From NCBI GenBank assembly GCA_963816395.1, contig CAWFKQ010000001.1:32001-96000 (forward strand): DNA of 64,000 nucleotides, given 5' to 3'. The position numbers and the translations under genes are program-made. The notes beneath the pieces are model-generated. The model saw only the letters and a program-made list of their open reading frames with translations, was not told the DNA's origin and searched no databases. The DNA is from an uncultured delta proteobacterium (GTDB lineage Bacteria; Desulfobacterota; Desulfuromonadia; Desulfuromonadales; JACZKF01). Shown one piece after another: positions 29,571-42,009 of the stretch (position 1 is the stretch's first letter; each line of letters opens with the position of its first letter).

Positions 29571-32500
29571 ACCGGCGGGCGCACCGCCGTCCCTTCCGGC
29601 ACGATCTTGACGAAGCGGGTGCGGCAGCGGGCCAGCACCTGCTCCACCCAGTCGGCCTCTTCCGTCTGGTGCGAGTGGAGGAGCTCCCGGTGATACTGCA
29701 GGAGCAGCTCGCCGAGACCAGCCACATCCTCCTCTTCCAGATTGCGGATCTCCACTCCGGCGCCTCGGGCCAGGCGCCGGCGCAGGGCCTCGCGGGTCAT
29801 GCCCAGCGCCTCGTCGAGGTGGCAGTAGACCGTCCCGCCGGTCATGCCGGAGCAGATCCAGGGACCTGGGTCGCCCAGCACCACCGCCCTTCCGGCCGTC
29901 ATGTACTCGAAGGCGAAGCCCTTGACGTTGGCGCGGCCGGCGATATTGCCGGCGGTGTCGTCGAGGGGGCGGCGCAGGCGGCCGCCGAGGACCACATCGG
30001 CGCCGGAGAGGCGGATGCCGGCGCGGCTGTCGGCGTCTCCCTGGATGAAGAAGGTGCCGCCGGTGGCGCCGTAGGCCAGCCCCTTGCCGACGGCGCCGCC
30101 GACCCGCAGCCCATTGCGGTTCTCCCCCTTGAGGATGACGATGCGGCCGCCGCGGGCGCTCTTGCCGACGCCGTCCTGGGCGCCCCCCTCGACCCGGATG
30201 TTGATGCGCGGGATGTTGAAGGCGGCCAGGCCGTTGCCGGGGATCGAATCGCGGCCGAAGTGCAGCAGCACCTCTTTCCCCTCGCCGTAGCGCCCCTCGG
30301 CGACCGCCCGGGTCATGGCTCCGGCGAGCCGGGTGCCGATGGCCCGGTCGGAGCTCGAAGCGTTGTAATCGTCATAGCGTACGCGCTCCTCGCCGCCCTC
30401 GAAGGCCTCCGTAACCAGCCCGGCGATGAGGGAGGTCAGGTAGTTCAGCGGCTTGCGGATGATCCGCACCTTCGGCTCGCGGCGCCGGCCGCCATCGGCG
30501 GCGATCGGGGCGAGCAGATCGGTCAGGTCGAGACGCTCCTCTCCCTGCGCCTGCAGCAGCAGGTCGGCGCGGCCTACCAGGTCCTGGCTGCGGCGGATCC
30601 CGAGGCGGGCGGTGAGGGTGCGGATCTCCTCCCCGAGGGCGCGGAAGAAGGTGGTCTCGTAGATGACGCCGTTTTCCAGGACGCGGGGGACGAAGCGTTT
30701 CAGGCCGCGCCGGCCCGCCTCCTCCACCGTCTCCACCTGGGTGGCGATCCCCACGTGGCAGGTATCGAGGTGGCAGCCGCGACAGGCGGTGCAGCCGATC
30801 ACCACCATCGGCAGGGTGCCGAAGCCGACCCGGTTGGCCCCCAGCAGCATCAGCTTGACCACATCACGGCCGCTGCGGGCGCCGCCGTCCGCCCACAGCT
30901 CCACCCGCCGGCGCAGGCCGGCCTCGGCCAGGGCGCGGTGCGCCTCGCGCACGCCGATTTCGGCGGGCAGGCCGACGAACTTGATGGCGTGCTTGCGGGC
31001 GGCGCCGGTGCCGCCGTCATAGCCGCTGATGGTGATGATGTCGGCCCCCGCCTTGGCGATCCCCAGGCTGATGGTGCCGATGCCGGCCACCGCCGGCACC
31101 TTGACCGCGATGCGGGCGTGCGGATTGGCGGTGCGCAGCTCCTCGATGATCTGCGCCAGGTCCTCGATGGAGTAGATGTCGTGGTTATTGGAGGGGGAGA
31201 TCAGCCCCACCCCGATTGTGGCGTTGCGGGCGGCGGCGATCTTGGCGGTGACCTTGAAGCCGGGCAGGTGCCCGCCTTCCCCCGGCTTGGCCCCCTGGCC
31301 GACCTTGATCTCCAGCACGTCGGCGGAGTTGAGCAGGTCCATGTGCACGCCGAAACGGCCGGAGGCGACCTGCTGGCCGCGGTGGCGGCGGTACTTGCCG
31401 AGCATGTCGGCGATCTCCCCCCCCTCGCCGTTCATGCAGAGGATGTTCAGGCGCCTGGCCGCCTCGGCATAGATGCGAAAAGGGGTCTCCCCCTGCGAAC
31501 CGAAGCTCATGGCGGAGAAGAGGATCGGCAGGTCGTGACCGCCGACGGAGGTGTCCACCTCCTGCGGATCGACCGCCGGGGCATCGGCGAAGCGGAAGTC
31601 GATCAGATGGCGGATGGCCAGCGGGTTCTCCGCCTCCAGCTGCCGGATGTGGCGCGAGAGGTCGGTGTAGTTCTCCTCCATCTTGGCCACCGCCCCGACC
31701 ATCTTCCAGATGCGCGGGTAGAGGCGGAACTGGGCCGGCACCGGCTGCTTCTCCCGGCTGCGGGCGACGGCGTCGCGGGCGCGGTGGTCGCCTTCCAGGC
31801 GGGCGAAGGTCAGGCCGCCCCGCTCCGAGCCGCAGAAGTTGGGGGTCTGGAAGATCGCCGCCAGTTCCGGGGCGAGGCCGATAGAGGCGAAATACCTGCC
31901 GTAGCCGCCGATCTCGTGGGTGCCCATGGTGGAGATCACCTTCTCCAGCCCCTGCCGCAGCAGCGCGAGCAGGTTTCTCAGCCCGACTTCCTCGCGGGCG
32001 GCCAGTTCCCACATCAGGTAGGGGCAGAGGGCGTCGGCCCCCATGCCGAGGCAGAAGATCAGGTCGTGCAGGTTGCGCAGGGCGCCGGAGCGCAGCACCA
32101 GGGAGCAGCGGCGGCGCAGGCTTTCGCCGCCGCTGCCGGTCGTCTCCGCCAGGGCCTGGTGCAGGGCGGCCACCGCCAGGAAAGGGTCGAGGAAGTGGCG
32201 GCCGGCGGCGAAGGCCTGGCTGTCGTCGAGCAGCAGCAGGAAGGCGCCGCCGCGGGCGGCGGCGACCGCCTCCCGGCGCAGGCGGGCGAGAGCTTCGGGG
32301 ACCGTCTCCCGGCCGCGCAGGGTACAGGAGAGGACGCGGCAGCGCCGCGCGCCGCCGGCGGCGAAATGGGCGAGGAGGGCCTCCAGGGTGCAGGTGCCGA
32401 AAGCCTCGGCCGTTTCCGCGTCTGCCCTTTCCGCGCCCAGCCGCCGGCCGCCGGTGAGCAGCGGCAGCGCCAGGCTGACCGCCGGCCGCGGCCGGCCGCC

Positions 32501-34098
32501 GAGGCGCGGGCGCGGGCCGAGAAAGACCCGGAGGGAGAAATGCTCGGTCTCCCGCTCCCGGTCGATGGCGGGGTTGGTCACCACCGCCACCTGCTCCTTG
32601 AAGTAGTCGGCGAGGTTCTGCCGGCCGGCGGCCAGGGCCGCCAGGGGGCCGTCGTAGCCGAGGGAGGCGATGGGATCGGTGCCGGAGGCGGCCATCTCCT
32701 TGAGGTTGCGCAGGTCGCTGTGCTTCCAGGCGAGGGCCGAAAGCAGGTTCTCCTGGAGGAGTTCCCGGCTGCGGGTAAAGCCCTCGACCGCCGGCGCTAT
32801 CGCCGGCGGCAGGGCCGGCGCTTCGACCAGGGCAGCCGCGTGCCCGGCGAGGTCGGCGCGCCGGCGAAAGCCGGCCAGCACCTCGCGCCGCAGCTCCTCA
32901 TGCGCCAGGATGCGCGTCCGCCTGCCGGGGGACAGGCGCACGCCGACCTTTTCCCCGGGCGCCAGCGGCTTCGGATCGGCGAGGATCTCCTCCTGCGGCA
33001 CCACCCCCACCTCGGAGGAGGCGAAGAATTCCTTCTCGGTCTCCCCGAACCACAGGGGGCGCAGCCCCATGGCATCAACGGAGAAGACGCAGCGGTCGTG
33101 GTGGCGGGCGATGATCGCCGCCGGCCCCTGGGCGCTGGCGGTGAAGAGGCGGCGGCAGAAGGTGTACAACGCGCGCAGCTCCTCCGGCATCTCCTCCATG
33201 GCGCTGAAGATGGGGGGAAGAGGACCTCCATCGCCTCGAACAGGGTCAGCCCGTGCCGGTGGATGAGTCCCTCCAGGGTGCGGTTGAGGTCCTGGGAGTC
33301 GCTGCCGCCGGGGGGCAGGGGCAGGCCGAGCAGGCGCGCCTCCTCGCGCAGTCGGGCGATGGTGTTGATCTCGCCGTTGTGGCCGAGCAGGCTGAAGGGC
33401 TGGGCGCGCAGCACCGTCGGCAGGGTATTGGTGGAGAAGCGGCTGTGGCCGATGGTGACCGAGGAGAGAAAATCCCGCCGCTTCAGCTCCGGGTAGTAGC
33501 GGGCGAGCTGCTCCGGCGCCCCCTGCAGCTTGTAGGCGGCGACCCGGGTGGACAGGGAGGCGATGTGCACCGGCGTTTCGGCCTCGATCCGCTGGTGCAG
33601 TTCGTACAGCCGCGCCGGCGCCGGCGCCGTCTCGGCAAAGTGCAGGGCCACCTGCAGGAAGTGCGGTTCGGCGCGGCGGGCTGCCGCCGAGAGGACTTCG
33701 CTGCGCACCGTCCCGGGGCGTTCCAGCAGTACCCGGGCGCCGGCGGCGCGGAACCAGTTGAGGATCTCCTCCGCCAGTTCCGGTCGCTCCGCCAGGGCCT
33801 GGCGCGGCACCAGCAGGTGGCCGAGGGCGAAGCCGGGGGTTTCGGCGAGCTCCGGCGGGTGGCCGGCGCCGGCCAGGTAGTCGCGCCACAGCCGGCGCGG
33901 GATATCGGTGAGAACGCCGCAGCCGTCCCCCTCGCCGCTGATCTCCCCCGCCCGGTGTCCCATCTTGATCAGCGCCTCGATGGTGCGCTGCAGGTTGCCG
34001 TGCGTCGGCTGGCCGGCCTTGTTCAGGTAGCAGATGATGGCGCAGGCGTCCCGCTCGGCGGGCATCAGGCCGGAGGGGTCGTCAGGGTAGGGTTGCAT
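29540..34098 (-). CDS. gltB: Glutamate synthase large subunit-like (GATase, FMN and GXGXG domains), frameshift near 33215
   Basis: ERDACAI (N-terminal Cys), HSRFSTNT, HNGEINT, AMSFGS, QVASGRFGV, GQGAKPGEGGHLPG, HDIYSIEDLAQ, CTACRGCHLDTC, EYMTAG. Confidence 0.92.
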
Positions 34099-34111
34099 CG
34101 AATACTCCAGG

Positions 34112-34151
34112 TCGAAAGTCGAGGTTCAAGGTTCAAGGTTCAAGGTTCAAG
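34112..34151. repeat. Short heptamer tandem repeat (GGTTCAA)x4
   Basis: ggttcaaggttcaaggttcaaggttcaag upstream of gltB. Confidence 0.75.
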
Positions 34152-34197
34152 TGGTCCTTCATTAACGGTAACCCCTCACTCCTGCCGGTGGCAAACG

Positions 34198-34228
34198 AAA
34201 AAAGGCGGACCGCTTGGCCCGCCTTCGT
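34198..34228. terminator. Terminator after elbB
   Basis: AAAAAAGGCGG-accgcttggc-CCGCCTT; U-tract on the minus strand. Confidence 0.55.
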
Positions 34229-34251
34229 GGTATTGGAGACTGAAGGGGCGC

Positions 34252-34916
34252 TCAGATCATCTCCAGCAGCGCCTTGACCGTCTTCTCGATCCCCTCGGCG
34301 GCCTCGCTGATGCGGCCGGCCAGCATGTAGGCGGGGGTGGAGACGATCTTGTTGTCGCGGTCGACAATGAACTCGCGCACCGGGCAGGCCTCATGGGTGG
34401 TGCCCATCGCCTCGAGGGCCTTGGCGGTATCCCGATCGCTGCCGATGGTCAGCTTGTGCGCCAGCTTGTCCTCCCCCAGGACCTTGGAGACGAGGGCGGG
34501 GGCGATGCAGACGGCGGCCAGCGGCTTCTTCGCCTTGACCACCTCCCGCACCAGCCGGGCGACCTCCGGGTGGATGGCGCAGTCCGGCGCCTTTGACGGC
34601 GAAATCGCACAGATTCTTGGCGGCGCCGAAGCCGCCGGGGAAGATCAGGGCGTCGAGATCGGCGGCCTTGACCTGCTGTGATGTCCTTGATCTTGCCGCG
34701 GGCGATACGCGCCGATTCCACCAGCACGTTGCGCTTCTCCCCGGCCGCCGGTTCGCCGGTCAGGTGGTTGACCACGTGCATCTGCTCGATATCCGGCGCC
34801 ATGCAGACCGCCTCGGCGCCGGCCCGGTCAAGGGCGAGCAGGATGATGACCGCTTCATGGATCTCACTGCCGTCGAAAACGCCGCAGCCCGACAGGACGA
34901 CTCCCACTTTCGGCAT
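34252..34916 (-). CDS. elbB: ElbB/ES1 (DJ-1/PfpI) glyoxalase-like protein, frameshifted
   Basis: [49 protein letters not shown]. Confidence 0.9.
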
Positions 34917-35064
34917 GATCGCAACCTCCTTTCCGCAGGAAAAAATAAAGGGAAAAGCGGGCTGGCGCGAAGGCCGGTCCGTTAATCACTCAAGCGTAGA
35001 AAACCATTGGTGAAAAGTCAAGCGGCAGGTTTCAGATGGGTACGGAAGGGCCGCTGGATTGGAT

Positions 35065-35916
35065 TCAGGAGTTCCCGGCCGTTTCCGCCAGGGGCTTGTA
35101 CCAGATGTTCATGCATTCCAGGCAGCCGGAGATCTGGGTATTGCGGGTCAGGGTGCCGCCGTACTGGTAGCCGCAGCGGGCGAAAGTGATGTTCATGCCG
35201 AAGGAAACCGCCCGGGCGATGGTGAACAGGGTCTGCACCCCGCGCCGGCGCATCTCCCCTTCCATGCGGGTCAGCAGGGTGGTGGCCAGTCCCTGCCCCC
35301 GGCATTCGGGGAGGGTGGCGAAATCGGTCATTTCGGCGCTGCCCGCGGCCAGGTCCATCTCGGCCGAAGAGAGAGCGACGAGCGTTTCCCCCTGCCAGAT
35401 GCCGAAATAGACGATGTTCTCCCGCATCGTTTTCTCCAGGTAGGCCGGGTCGTGGATGGGGAAGGGATAGGTGGCGAAAACGCGGCGGTAGATCCGGGCC
35501 ATCGCTTCGGTATCCGCCGGGCCGGCCAGCCGGCAGCTGATGCCGGCGGCAGCCAGTTCTCCGTCCTCGGCCGCCGCCTTCTGCCGCGCGGTCTCCAGGA
35601 CCTGGCGCAGCCGCTCGGGATCCTCCGGGCAACGGCGCTCGGGATCGAGGTACTTGGCCAGGAAGTGGGCGTCCTCGCGGCCGCGATAATAGCGGGGGAT
35701 GCGGGCCTCGCGCCGGTAGCCGGCGGCGGCGAAGGTCGGTGCCGCCTGGGCCGGCACCTTGGCGATGATCTTGCTGTAGCCGCGGCTTTCTGCCAGTTGC
35801 TGCAGGTTCTCGGCGACCCCTTGCGGATCGCCGACCAGCTTCATCAGGTAAGCCCGATCATTGGCCGGGCCGTGATGGACGAGCGACCCGGACAGGCTGG
35901 TAATCACGTCAGTCAT
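35065..35916 (-). CDS. ablB: Beta-lysine N-acetyltransferase
   Basis: [48 protein letters not shown]; directly downstream of ablA. Confidence 0.9.
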   Translation of the reverse strand: MTDVITSLSGSLVHHGPANDRAYLMKLVGDPQGVAENLQQLAESRGYSKIIAKVPAQAAPTFAAAGYRREARIPRYYRGREDAHFLAKYLDPERRCPEDPERLRQVLETARQKAAAEDGELAAAGISCRLAGPADTEAMARIYRRVFATYPFPIHDPAYLEKTMRENIVYFGIWQGETLVALSSAEMDLAAGSAEMTDFATLPECRGQGLATTLLTRMEGEMRRRGVQTLFTIARAVSFGMNITFARCGYQYGGTLTRNTQISGCLECMNIWYKPLAETAGNS

Positions 35917-37216
35917 TATTTCTCCTTTCCAGGCGCTCGGTGTTCTCCGGGGTGAGGGCGTCGAGCCCGTCATCGCAGAGCAGGCGGGCGATCCCCACCG
36001 AGGTGAACTCCTCCCCCTCCGCCAGGTCGAGCTGCAGGTGGCAGTCCTCGCAGTTGCGGTCGCAGAAAATCGGCTCGTAGGAGTCGGGCTCCTTGTAGGT
36101 GGTGATCACCCCCTCGTAGTTGCGCAGCACCACCTTGTTGGTCGACCAGGAAATCAGATAATTGGGCATCACCGGGATCTTGCCGCCGCCGTGCGGGGCG
36201 TCGATGACGTAGGTCGGCACGGCGAAGCCGCTGGTATGGCCGATCAGGCTCTCCAGGATCTCGATCCCCTTGCCCACCGGGGTGCGAAAATGCGACAGCC
36301 CTTCGGAGAGGTCGCACTGGTAGAGGTAATAGGGGCGGATGCGGTTCTGCACCAGCTTGTGCACCAGGGCCTTCATGATGCGCGGACAGTCGTTGACGCC
36401 GGCCAGCAGCACCGACTGGTTGCCCAGGGGAATGCCGGCGTCGGCCAGCCGGCGCAGCGCCGCCCGGGCGGCGGCGGTCATCTCCCGCGGATGGTTGAAA
36501 TGGGTGTTGATCCACAGCGGATGGTGTTTCTTCAGCATCAGCGCCAGTTCTTCGGTGATCCGCTGGGGGAGAACCACCGGCGTGCGGGTGCCGATGCGGA
36601 TCACTTCCACATGCGGAATGCGGCGCAGTTCGCCGAGAATCCAGTCCAGGTAGTCGTCGGAGAGCAGGAAGGGGTCGCCGCCGGAGAGCAGGACATCGCG
36701 GATCGCCTCATTGTCGCGCACGTAGTCGATGCCGGCCTCGATCGCTCCGCGGTCGGGGATGGAATCGACATCCCCCACCTTGCGCTTGCGGGTGCAGTGG
36801 CGGCAGTACATGGCGCAGACGTTGCTGACCTGCAGCAGGACCCGGTCGGGATAACGGTGGGTGATCACCTCCACCGGGCTGTCGCTGTCCTCGGCCAGGG
36901 GATCGGCCATGTCGCAGGGCTGCACCAGCAGTTCCGCCGGATCGGGGAAGGCCTGGCGGAAGACCGGATCCTGGCGGAAGTTTTCCCGGTCGATCAGGGA
37001 AAGATAATACGGGGTGATGGCGAGAGGAAACTTTTCCAGGGTTTGTTCGATCTCTTTTCTCTCTTCATCGCTGAAGCTGACCTCAAGAAGATCTTCAAAG
37101 CTGGAGAGATTTCTTATCGAATTTTTTACCTGCCATTTCCAGTCTTGCCAGTTTCCCATCAATGTCCGAGGATTGACCTTCTTTGCAATCATTCTTTCCG
37201 TCTGATTATACGTCAT
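35909..37216 (-). CDS. ablA: Lysine 2,3-aminomutase
   Basis: [49 protein letters not shown]. Confidence 0.93.
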   Translation of the reverse strand: MTYNQTERMIAKKVNPRTLMGNWQDWKWQVKNSIRNLSSFEDLLEVSFSDEERKEIEQTLEKFPLAITPYYLSLIDRENFRQDPVFRQAFPDPAELLVQPCDMADPLAEDSDSPVEVITHRYPDRVLLQVSNVCAMYCRHCTRKRKVGDVDSIPDRGAIEAGIDYVRDNEAIRDVLLSGGDPFLLSDDYLDWILGELRRIPHVEVIRIGTRTPVVLPQRITEELALMLKKHHPLWINTHFNHPREMTAAARAALRRLADAGIPLGNQSVLLAGVNDCPRIMKALVHKLVQNRIRPYYLYQCDLSEGLSHFRTPVGKGIEILESLIGHTSGFAVPTYVIDAPHGGGKIPVMPNYLISWSTNKVVLRNYEGVITTYKEPDSYEPIFCDRNCEDCHLQLDLAEGEEFTSVGIARLLCDDGLDALTPENTERLERRNND

Positions 37217-37501
37217 GATATGGATTTTCTCCTCTGCTGAAAGCCTGATATGATGTAATGCATGGATGGGATTTTTATCTGGAAGATTCAATTTTGTAAC
37301 AGCTAGGGAGGATTTTGTCAACCTTACGGGGCCTGAAAGAACATGATATTCACCTCATTCAGTGGCTAAAAAATGCTGAAAGATGCCGAAATTACGCTAA
37401 AAGTCCGGTAATTTCGAAACATCCATATTCTCCTCTGTGTGGTCGGATGCGCCGAAAACGCGCGGCGTCGGCTGCGGGGAGGGAATTGGGGTAAATTTCC
37501 C

Positions 37502-37531
37502 TTGACAGGGAAGGAGGGTTTCGCTATTAAT
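37502..37531 (+). promoter_or_regulatory. Sigma70-like promoter of tRNA-Phe
   Basis: TTGACA-17 nt-TATTAA. Confidence 0.65.
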
Positions 37532-37542
37532 TTGTACCTCTC

Positions 37543-37618
<76 letters not shown>

Positions 37619-37627
37619 GAAAGAAAT

Positions 37628-37659
37628 AAGGGGTTGGCCATCTGGCCAACCCCTTTTTT
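37628..37659 (+). terminator. Rho-independent terminator
   Basis: AAGGGGTTGGCCA-tc-TGGCCAACCCCTTTTTT. Confidence 0.85.
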
Positions 37660-37765
37660 CTCCTCTCGCTTTCGCCTTGCCTAATCGGCCTTGTTTTCCC
37701 CGCCTGGATCGTTCCTCCTGACCCTGCAGGTCTACCAAGGCCTTCTTTCTCTTGCTGCCTGCAAC

Positions 37766-37969
37766 TCAGCCACCGCTGGTCTCGTACAAGCCGGAAAGCG
37801 GGGCGATGTTCGGAGCGTCAGGGCTCGATGTCTTCGTTTGCGTCTGTTGGACATGGCTGGGGCACGCGCATTGGCTCTGGCAGTTATGGCTCTCCTGAGA
37901 ATCTGCCGCGAAGGCGCTGCCGGCAGACAGCAGTCCGGCGAGGATCATGGTAATTGCCAAGGTTTTCAT
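37766..37969 (-). CDS. Small secreted Cys-containing protein
   Basis: AAAGGAG RBS, signal peptide ending SAFA, CQSQCAC. Confidence 0.6.
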   Translation of the reverse strand: MKTLAITMILAGLLSAGSAFAADSQESHNCQSQCACPSHVQQTQTKTSSPDAPNIAPLSGLYETSGG

Positions 37970-38022
37970 GTGAGTTCTCCTTTCTGTGAGAAGTGAATGG
38001 AAGGGTTTCTTACTGTTCACTT

Positions 38023-38039
38023 AGCATCGTCGGTGCCAA
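38023..38039 (-). promoter_or_regulatory. Sigma54 (-24/-12) promoter
   Basis: Minus strand TTGGCACCGACGATGCT; GG-N10-GC spacing. Confidence 0.65.
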
Positions 38040-38284
38040 CCTGGTCTTGGTCTTGCAAAATCCCAATTGACTCAGTAGCTTACGTTGAAAAACCTGTCTT
38101 TATCGCGCTTTCCTTGCAGGTCGATTTTGATGAATATTCTACATTCCGGTGCACAATATTCTTCCTCTGGTTAAAAATTCCATGCATGGATTGGCGGATG
38201 CCGCCGGGAGTCCACAGGGGACGGCGGCGGGTGATAAGGTTAGGACAAGAAAACGCGGAAATGGTTCCGGAAAGGAGGAGAAGG

Positions 38285-39043
38285 ATGATTTTGCAGGGGA
38301 AGGCGGCGGTGGTCACCGGCGGCGGGCAGGGGATCGGCAAGGGAATTGCCAGGCGCTTTCTCGCCGAGGGGGCGCGGGTGGTGCTGGCGGAGGTGGACGG
38401 GGAAGCGGGGGAATCGGCGGTGCGGGAGCTTTCGGCTCTCGGCGAGGTGCGATTTATTCGCACCGACGTCGGCCGTGAGGAGGACGTCGGCAGGCTGCGG
38501 GAGGCGACCCTGACCGCCTTCGGCGGCCTCGATGTGCTGGTGAACAACGCCGGCATCATGATCCGCAAGCCGCTGGAACAGCTCTCGCTGGCGGAGTGGA
38601 ACCGGGTGCTGGGGGTGAACCTTACCGGCGCCTTCCTCTGCGCCCGAGCGTTTGCGCCGGCGCTACGGCAGGCCGGCGGGTCGATCGTCAACATCGCCTC
38701 CACCCGCGCCCTGATGTCGGAGCCGGACACCGAATCCTACTCGGCCGCGAAGGGAGGGCTGGTCGCCCTCACCCACGCCCTGGCCCTCAGCCTGGGGCCT
38801 CAGGTGCGGGTGAACTGCATCAGTCCGGGCTGGATCGATGTCTCCGGCTGGCACCAGGCGGGGACGGCCGGGCAGGAAGAACTGTCGGAAGCGGACCACC
38901 GGCAGCACCCCGCCGGCCGGGTCGGCACCCCCGAGGACGTCGCCGCCCTGGCGCTCTACCTGGCCTCGGCCGAGAGCGGCTTCGTCACCGGGCAGAACTT
39001 TACCATCGACGGCGGAATGACGCGGAAGATGATCTACGTCTGA
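38285..39043 (+). CDS. Short-chain dehydrogenase/reductase
   Basis: TGGGQGIG, NNAG, YSAAK, VNCISPG, IDGG. Confidence 0.93.
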   Translation: MILQGKAAVVTGGGQGIGKGIARRFLAEGARVVLAEVDGEAGESAVRELSALGEVRFIRTDVGREEDVGRLREATLTAFGGLDVLVNNAGIMIRKPLEQLSLAEWNRVLGVNLTGAFLCARAFAPALRQAGGSIVNIASTRALMSEPDTESYSAAKGGLVALTHALALSLGPQVRVNCISPGWIDVSGWHQAGTAGQEELSEADHRQHPAGRVGTPEDVAALALYLASAESGFVTGQNFTIDGGMTRKMIYV

Positions 39044-39055
39044 ATCCTGGCGGCT

Positions 39056-39169
39056 TCACACGATCGACCGGAGCACACCGCCGTCGACGCGCAGGGCGGC
39101 AATGGCAAAGCCGATGCCGGCGGTCGAGCCGGCAACCAGCGCCGTTTTGTCCTTCAGCAGCAGATCCAT
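39056..39169 (-). pseudogene. SDR gene collapsed by internal in-frame deletion
   Basis: MDLLLKDKTALVAGSTAGIGFAIAA joined directly to LRVDGGVLRSIV*; RBS retained. Confidence 0.8.
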
Positions 39170-39238
39170 TCCCAATCTCCTTCCTCCTTGCCGGGGCTCC
39201 CGGCGGCCGCCCGGTCGCAAGGCCGCGGTAGAATCGGG

Positions 39239-40151
39239 TCAGAGCGCAGCCGCGCCTGCCTCGACGGGCACCAGCAGAACCGGCTTGAGCGTCTGCCCCT
39301 GCACCCGCACCGCCATGCTGTTGCCCCAGAACGCCTGGCCTCCCGCCTTGCCGTGGGTGGCCATGACGATCAGATCGGCGGCGAGGTCCTCGGCGGTCTG
39401 CACGATGAGCTCAACGGGGTTCCCCTGGCGGATCTGAGCGTTGGCCGGCACCTCCCGCGTCTTGACCTGGGCCAGAAGCTCTCTCCAGATAGCGCTGCAA
39501 GTTGCGGCCGTCGATCTCCTGCAGTTCCCGTGCGGCAGCCGGCATGAAGCGCGAAAGGGTCGCTTTTTCCCCGGCGAGGGAAATCATGGTGGGGATGACG
39601 GAGAGCAGATGGAGCTCGCCCTGGCCGGCGGCCGCCAGCTCAAGGGCCAGGGCCAGGCCGCCCTCGTGCTCGCGCCGGCCATCCAGGGGCACCAGCAGCC
39701 GGCGCAGGGCGAAGGGAGCGGCCGCCGCGGCCTCTGCCCGCAGGTGCAGCAGCGGCGTTTTCCCCAGTCCCACCACCTGCTGCGCCAGGGTGCCCTTCAG
39801 CAGGCGGCCGAGCCCCGCCGGGCCGTGCGTGCACATCACGATAAGGTCGGGGTGCAGCTCTTCCCGGTGGGCGGCGATGCCGTCGGCGATGTCGGCGACG
39901 GCCGGGGCATGCACATGACAGTCGACGCGCAGATCGGCCGGCAGCCCGTCCCGCAAGACTTGCAGGTAGGCGGCCGCCTCGTCGGCTCTGGTCAGGTGCC
40001 GCTGGCCGTGCACCCGCTGGGCGGCATCCTGTTCGATGACGTGCATCAGGGTGATCCGGGCCGAAAACAGGCGCGCCAGAACGGCGGCGGGCGGCAGGGC
40101 GGCTTCGGCGAGCCGCGAACCGTCTAGGGGTACCAGCAGATGCTCGATCAT
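39239..40151 (-). CDS. Tandem universal stress protein (frameshift near 39460)
   Basis: [39 protein letters not shown]. Confidence 0.88.
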
Positions 40152-41440
40152 GGCGAACCTCCTCCCCGGAGGGTCTGGAAGAGCAGATAGATATTCAGGG
40201 CGACGATCAGAACCGTCACCCCCCAGGCGACGATGGTGGTCGGGCGCCGGTTGACCAGTTGCCCCATCAGCCTGCGGTTCTGGCAGAACAGGATCAGCGG
40301 AATGATGGCGAACGGCAGCCCGAAGCTGAGCACCACCTGGCTGATGACCAGGCTGCGGGTCGGGTCGAAGCCGAGAAAGATGACCACCAGGGAGGGCAGA
40401 ATCGTCACCAGGCGGCGCAGCCAGATGGGAATGTGGCGCTTCAGGAACCCCTGCATGATGACCTGCCCGGCCATGGTGCCGACGGTGGTGGAGGCCAGTC
40501 CCGCCGCCAGCAGGGAGACGGCGAAGGCCCAGCCGGCGGCGGCGCCCAGCAGCGGTTCCAGGGTACGGTGCGCCTCCTCGATGGAGGCGATGTGGCTGAG
40601 CCCGGGGCGGTGGAAGGTCGCCGCCGCCATCATCAGCATCGCCGCATTGACGAAGCCGGCTACCGTCATGGCGATCATGACGTCGGCAAGCTGGAAATGG
40701 AACAGGCGCCGCTGCTGCCGCGGATCGCGCACCACGATGCGTCCCTGGGTCAGGGAGGAGTGCAGGAAGATCACGTGCGGCATCACCGTCGCGCCGAGGA
40801 TGCCGGCGGCCAGCAGAACGCTCTCCGGGCCGCTGAACTGCGGCAGGACGGCATGCACGGCGACCGCCGACCAGTCCGGCCGGTAGAGGAAGATCTCCAC
40901 CACATAGCAGAGGGCGATGACCCCGAGCAGGACGGTAATCACCGCCTCCAGGGGGCGGAAGCCGCGCGCCTGCAGGGCCAGGATGAGAAAGGTGACGACG
41001 GTGGTCAGCAGGCCGGCAACCCACAGGGGCATGCCGAAGAGCAGATTGAAACCGATGGCGGCGCCGAGAAATTCGGCCAGGTCGGTGGCCATTGCCACCA
41101 GTTCCATCGCCACCCACATGAACCACACCAGCGGGCGCGGGAAGTGCAACCGGCACAGTTCGGCGAGGTTGTGGCCGGTGGCGATCCCCAGCTTGGCGGA
41201 GAGGGTCTGGATCAGCATGGCCATCAGATTGCTGGCGACCACCACCCACAGCAGCAAATAGCCGAACTGCGCGCCCCCTTGGATGTTGGTGGCGAAATTG
41301 CCGGGATCGACGTAGGCGATGCTGGCGATGAAGGCCGGCCCGAGAAACGGCAGCAGCCGCGCCAATCCCCGTTTCGGGCTGGTGCCCGAGAGGACCTCGC
41401 CGGCTATCTCGACGGTTTGGCTGTCGCCGGTGTGGCGCAT
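40148..41440 (-). CDS. mntH: Nramp divalent metal transporter
   Basis: [25 protein letters not shown]. Confidence 0.95.
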   Translation of the reverse strand: MRHTGDSQTVEIAGEVLSGTSPKRGLARLLPFLGPAFIASIAYVDPGNFATNIQGGAQFGYLLLWVVVASNLMAMLIQTLSAKLGIATGHNLAELCRLHFPRPLVWFMWVAMELVAMATDLAEFLGAAIGFNLLFGMPLWVAGLLTTVVTFLILALQARGFRPLEAVITVLLGVIALCYVVEIFLYRPDWSAVAVHAVLPQFSGPESVLLAAGILGATVMPHVIFLHSSLTQGRIVVRDPRQQRRLFHFQLADVMIAMTVAGFVNAAMLMMAAATFHRPGLSHIASIEEAHRTLEPLLGAAAGWAFAVSLLAAGLASTTVGTMAGQVIMQGFLKRHIPIWLRRLVTILPSLVVIFLGFDPTRSLVISQVVLSFGLPFAIIPLILFCQNRRLMGQLVNRRPTTIVAWGVTVLIVALNIYLLFQTLRGGGSP

Positions 41441-41544
41441 AGTTAAAAAACCTCCTCTCCTGCTACAAACATACATTCCAGCGCGCTTTCAGGCCAGCGG
41501 AGATTTCGCCCCCCGGGACTCGAGGGGGACGCATTCTTCGGCAG

Positions 41545-41704
41545 ACCAGATTTACCTGCTAACTCTGTACGCCAAGAACGAAGTGTCGGACCTGAGTCCG
41601 GCGGAAGTGCCGGCACTCAGGAAAATGGTGGAGGTGTGGAGCCGATGAAAAAACGCAATCTCTTTGACGAACTTTCAGAGGCGATCGGGGAGATCCTCGC
41701 GTAA
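41545..41704 (+). pseudogene. RelE/HigB toxin 3' fragment plus antitoxin 5' fragment
   Basis: IYLLTLYAKNEVSDLS...VWSR* overlapping MKKRNLFDELSEAIGEILA*. Confidence 0.7.
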
Positions 41705-41808
41705 GGCTGCCCTCTGGTTGTCGTTTTCTGTTGATGCCCGCACCGGAAGCAGTAGGAAATAGGGCATTCATGTGAAATTCCGAGGGGAGCAACGATGATG
41801 TAATTTCA

Positions 41809-41850
41809 AGAGCCGTTTTTCCGAAACAGGAGAGACGGCTTTTTTGTTTT
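41809..41850 (+). terminator. Terminator hairpin
   Basis: AGAGCCGTTTTTCC-gaaaca-GGAGAGACGGCTTTTTT. Confidence 0.6.
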
Positions 41851-42009
41851 GCCAGGAGGAAGGATGGCGAACCTGAAAGAGTTAGCCGGGCGAGGTCAAT
41901 GTTTGAAGGAAATCATTGACATTCGGCAAAGGGCAAGGCACAAATATTCGTAAGGTCCAAACGGTTTGAGGTAGTCCTGTCCTACTAAAATGCAAAGGCT
42001 GCGGCAACA

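Noticed and set aside
29669..33496. 1275-aa plus-strand ORF and many other long overlapping ORFs (e.g. 20728..23061, 60382..61809, 62683..63978)
   Set aside because: Antisense or alternate-frame shadows of GC-rich genes with clear motifs on the other strand.
41441..41523. yybP-ykoY manganese riboswitch upstream of mntH
   Set aside because: The conserved GGGGAGUA motif was not found, and the TA island begins within ~85 nt.
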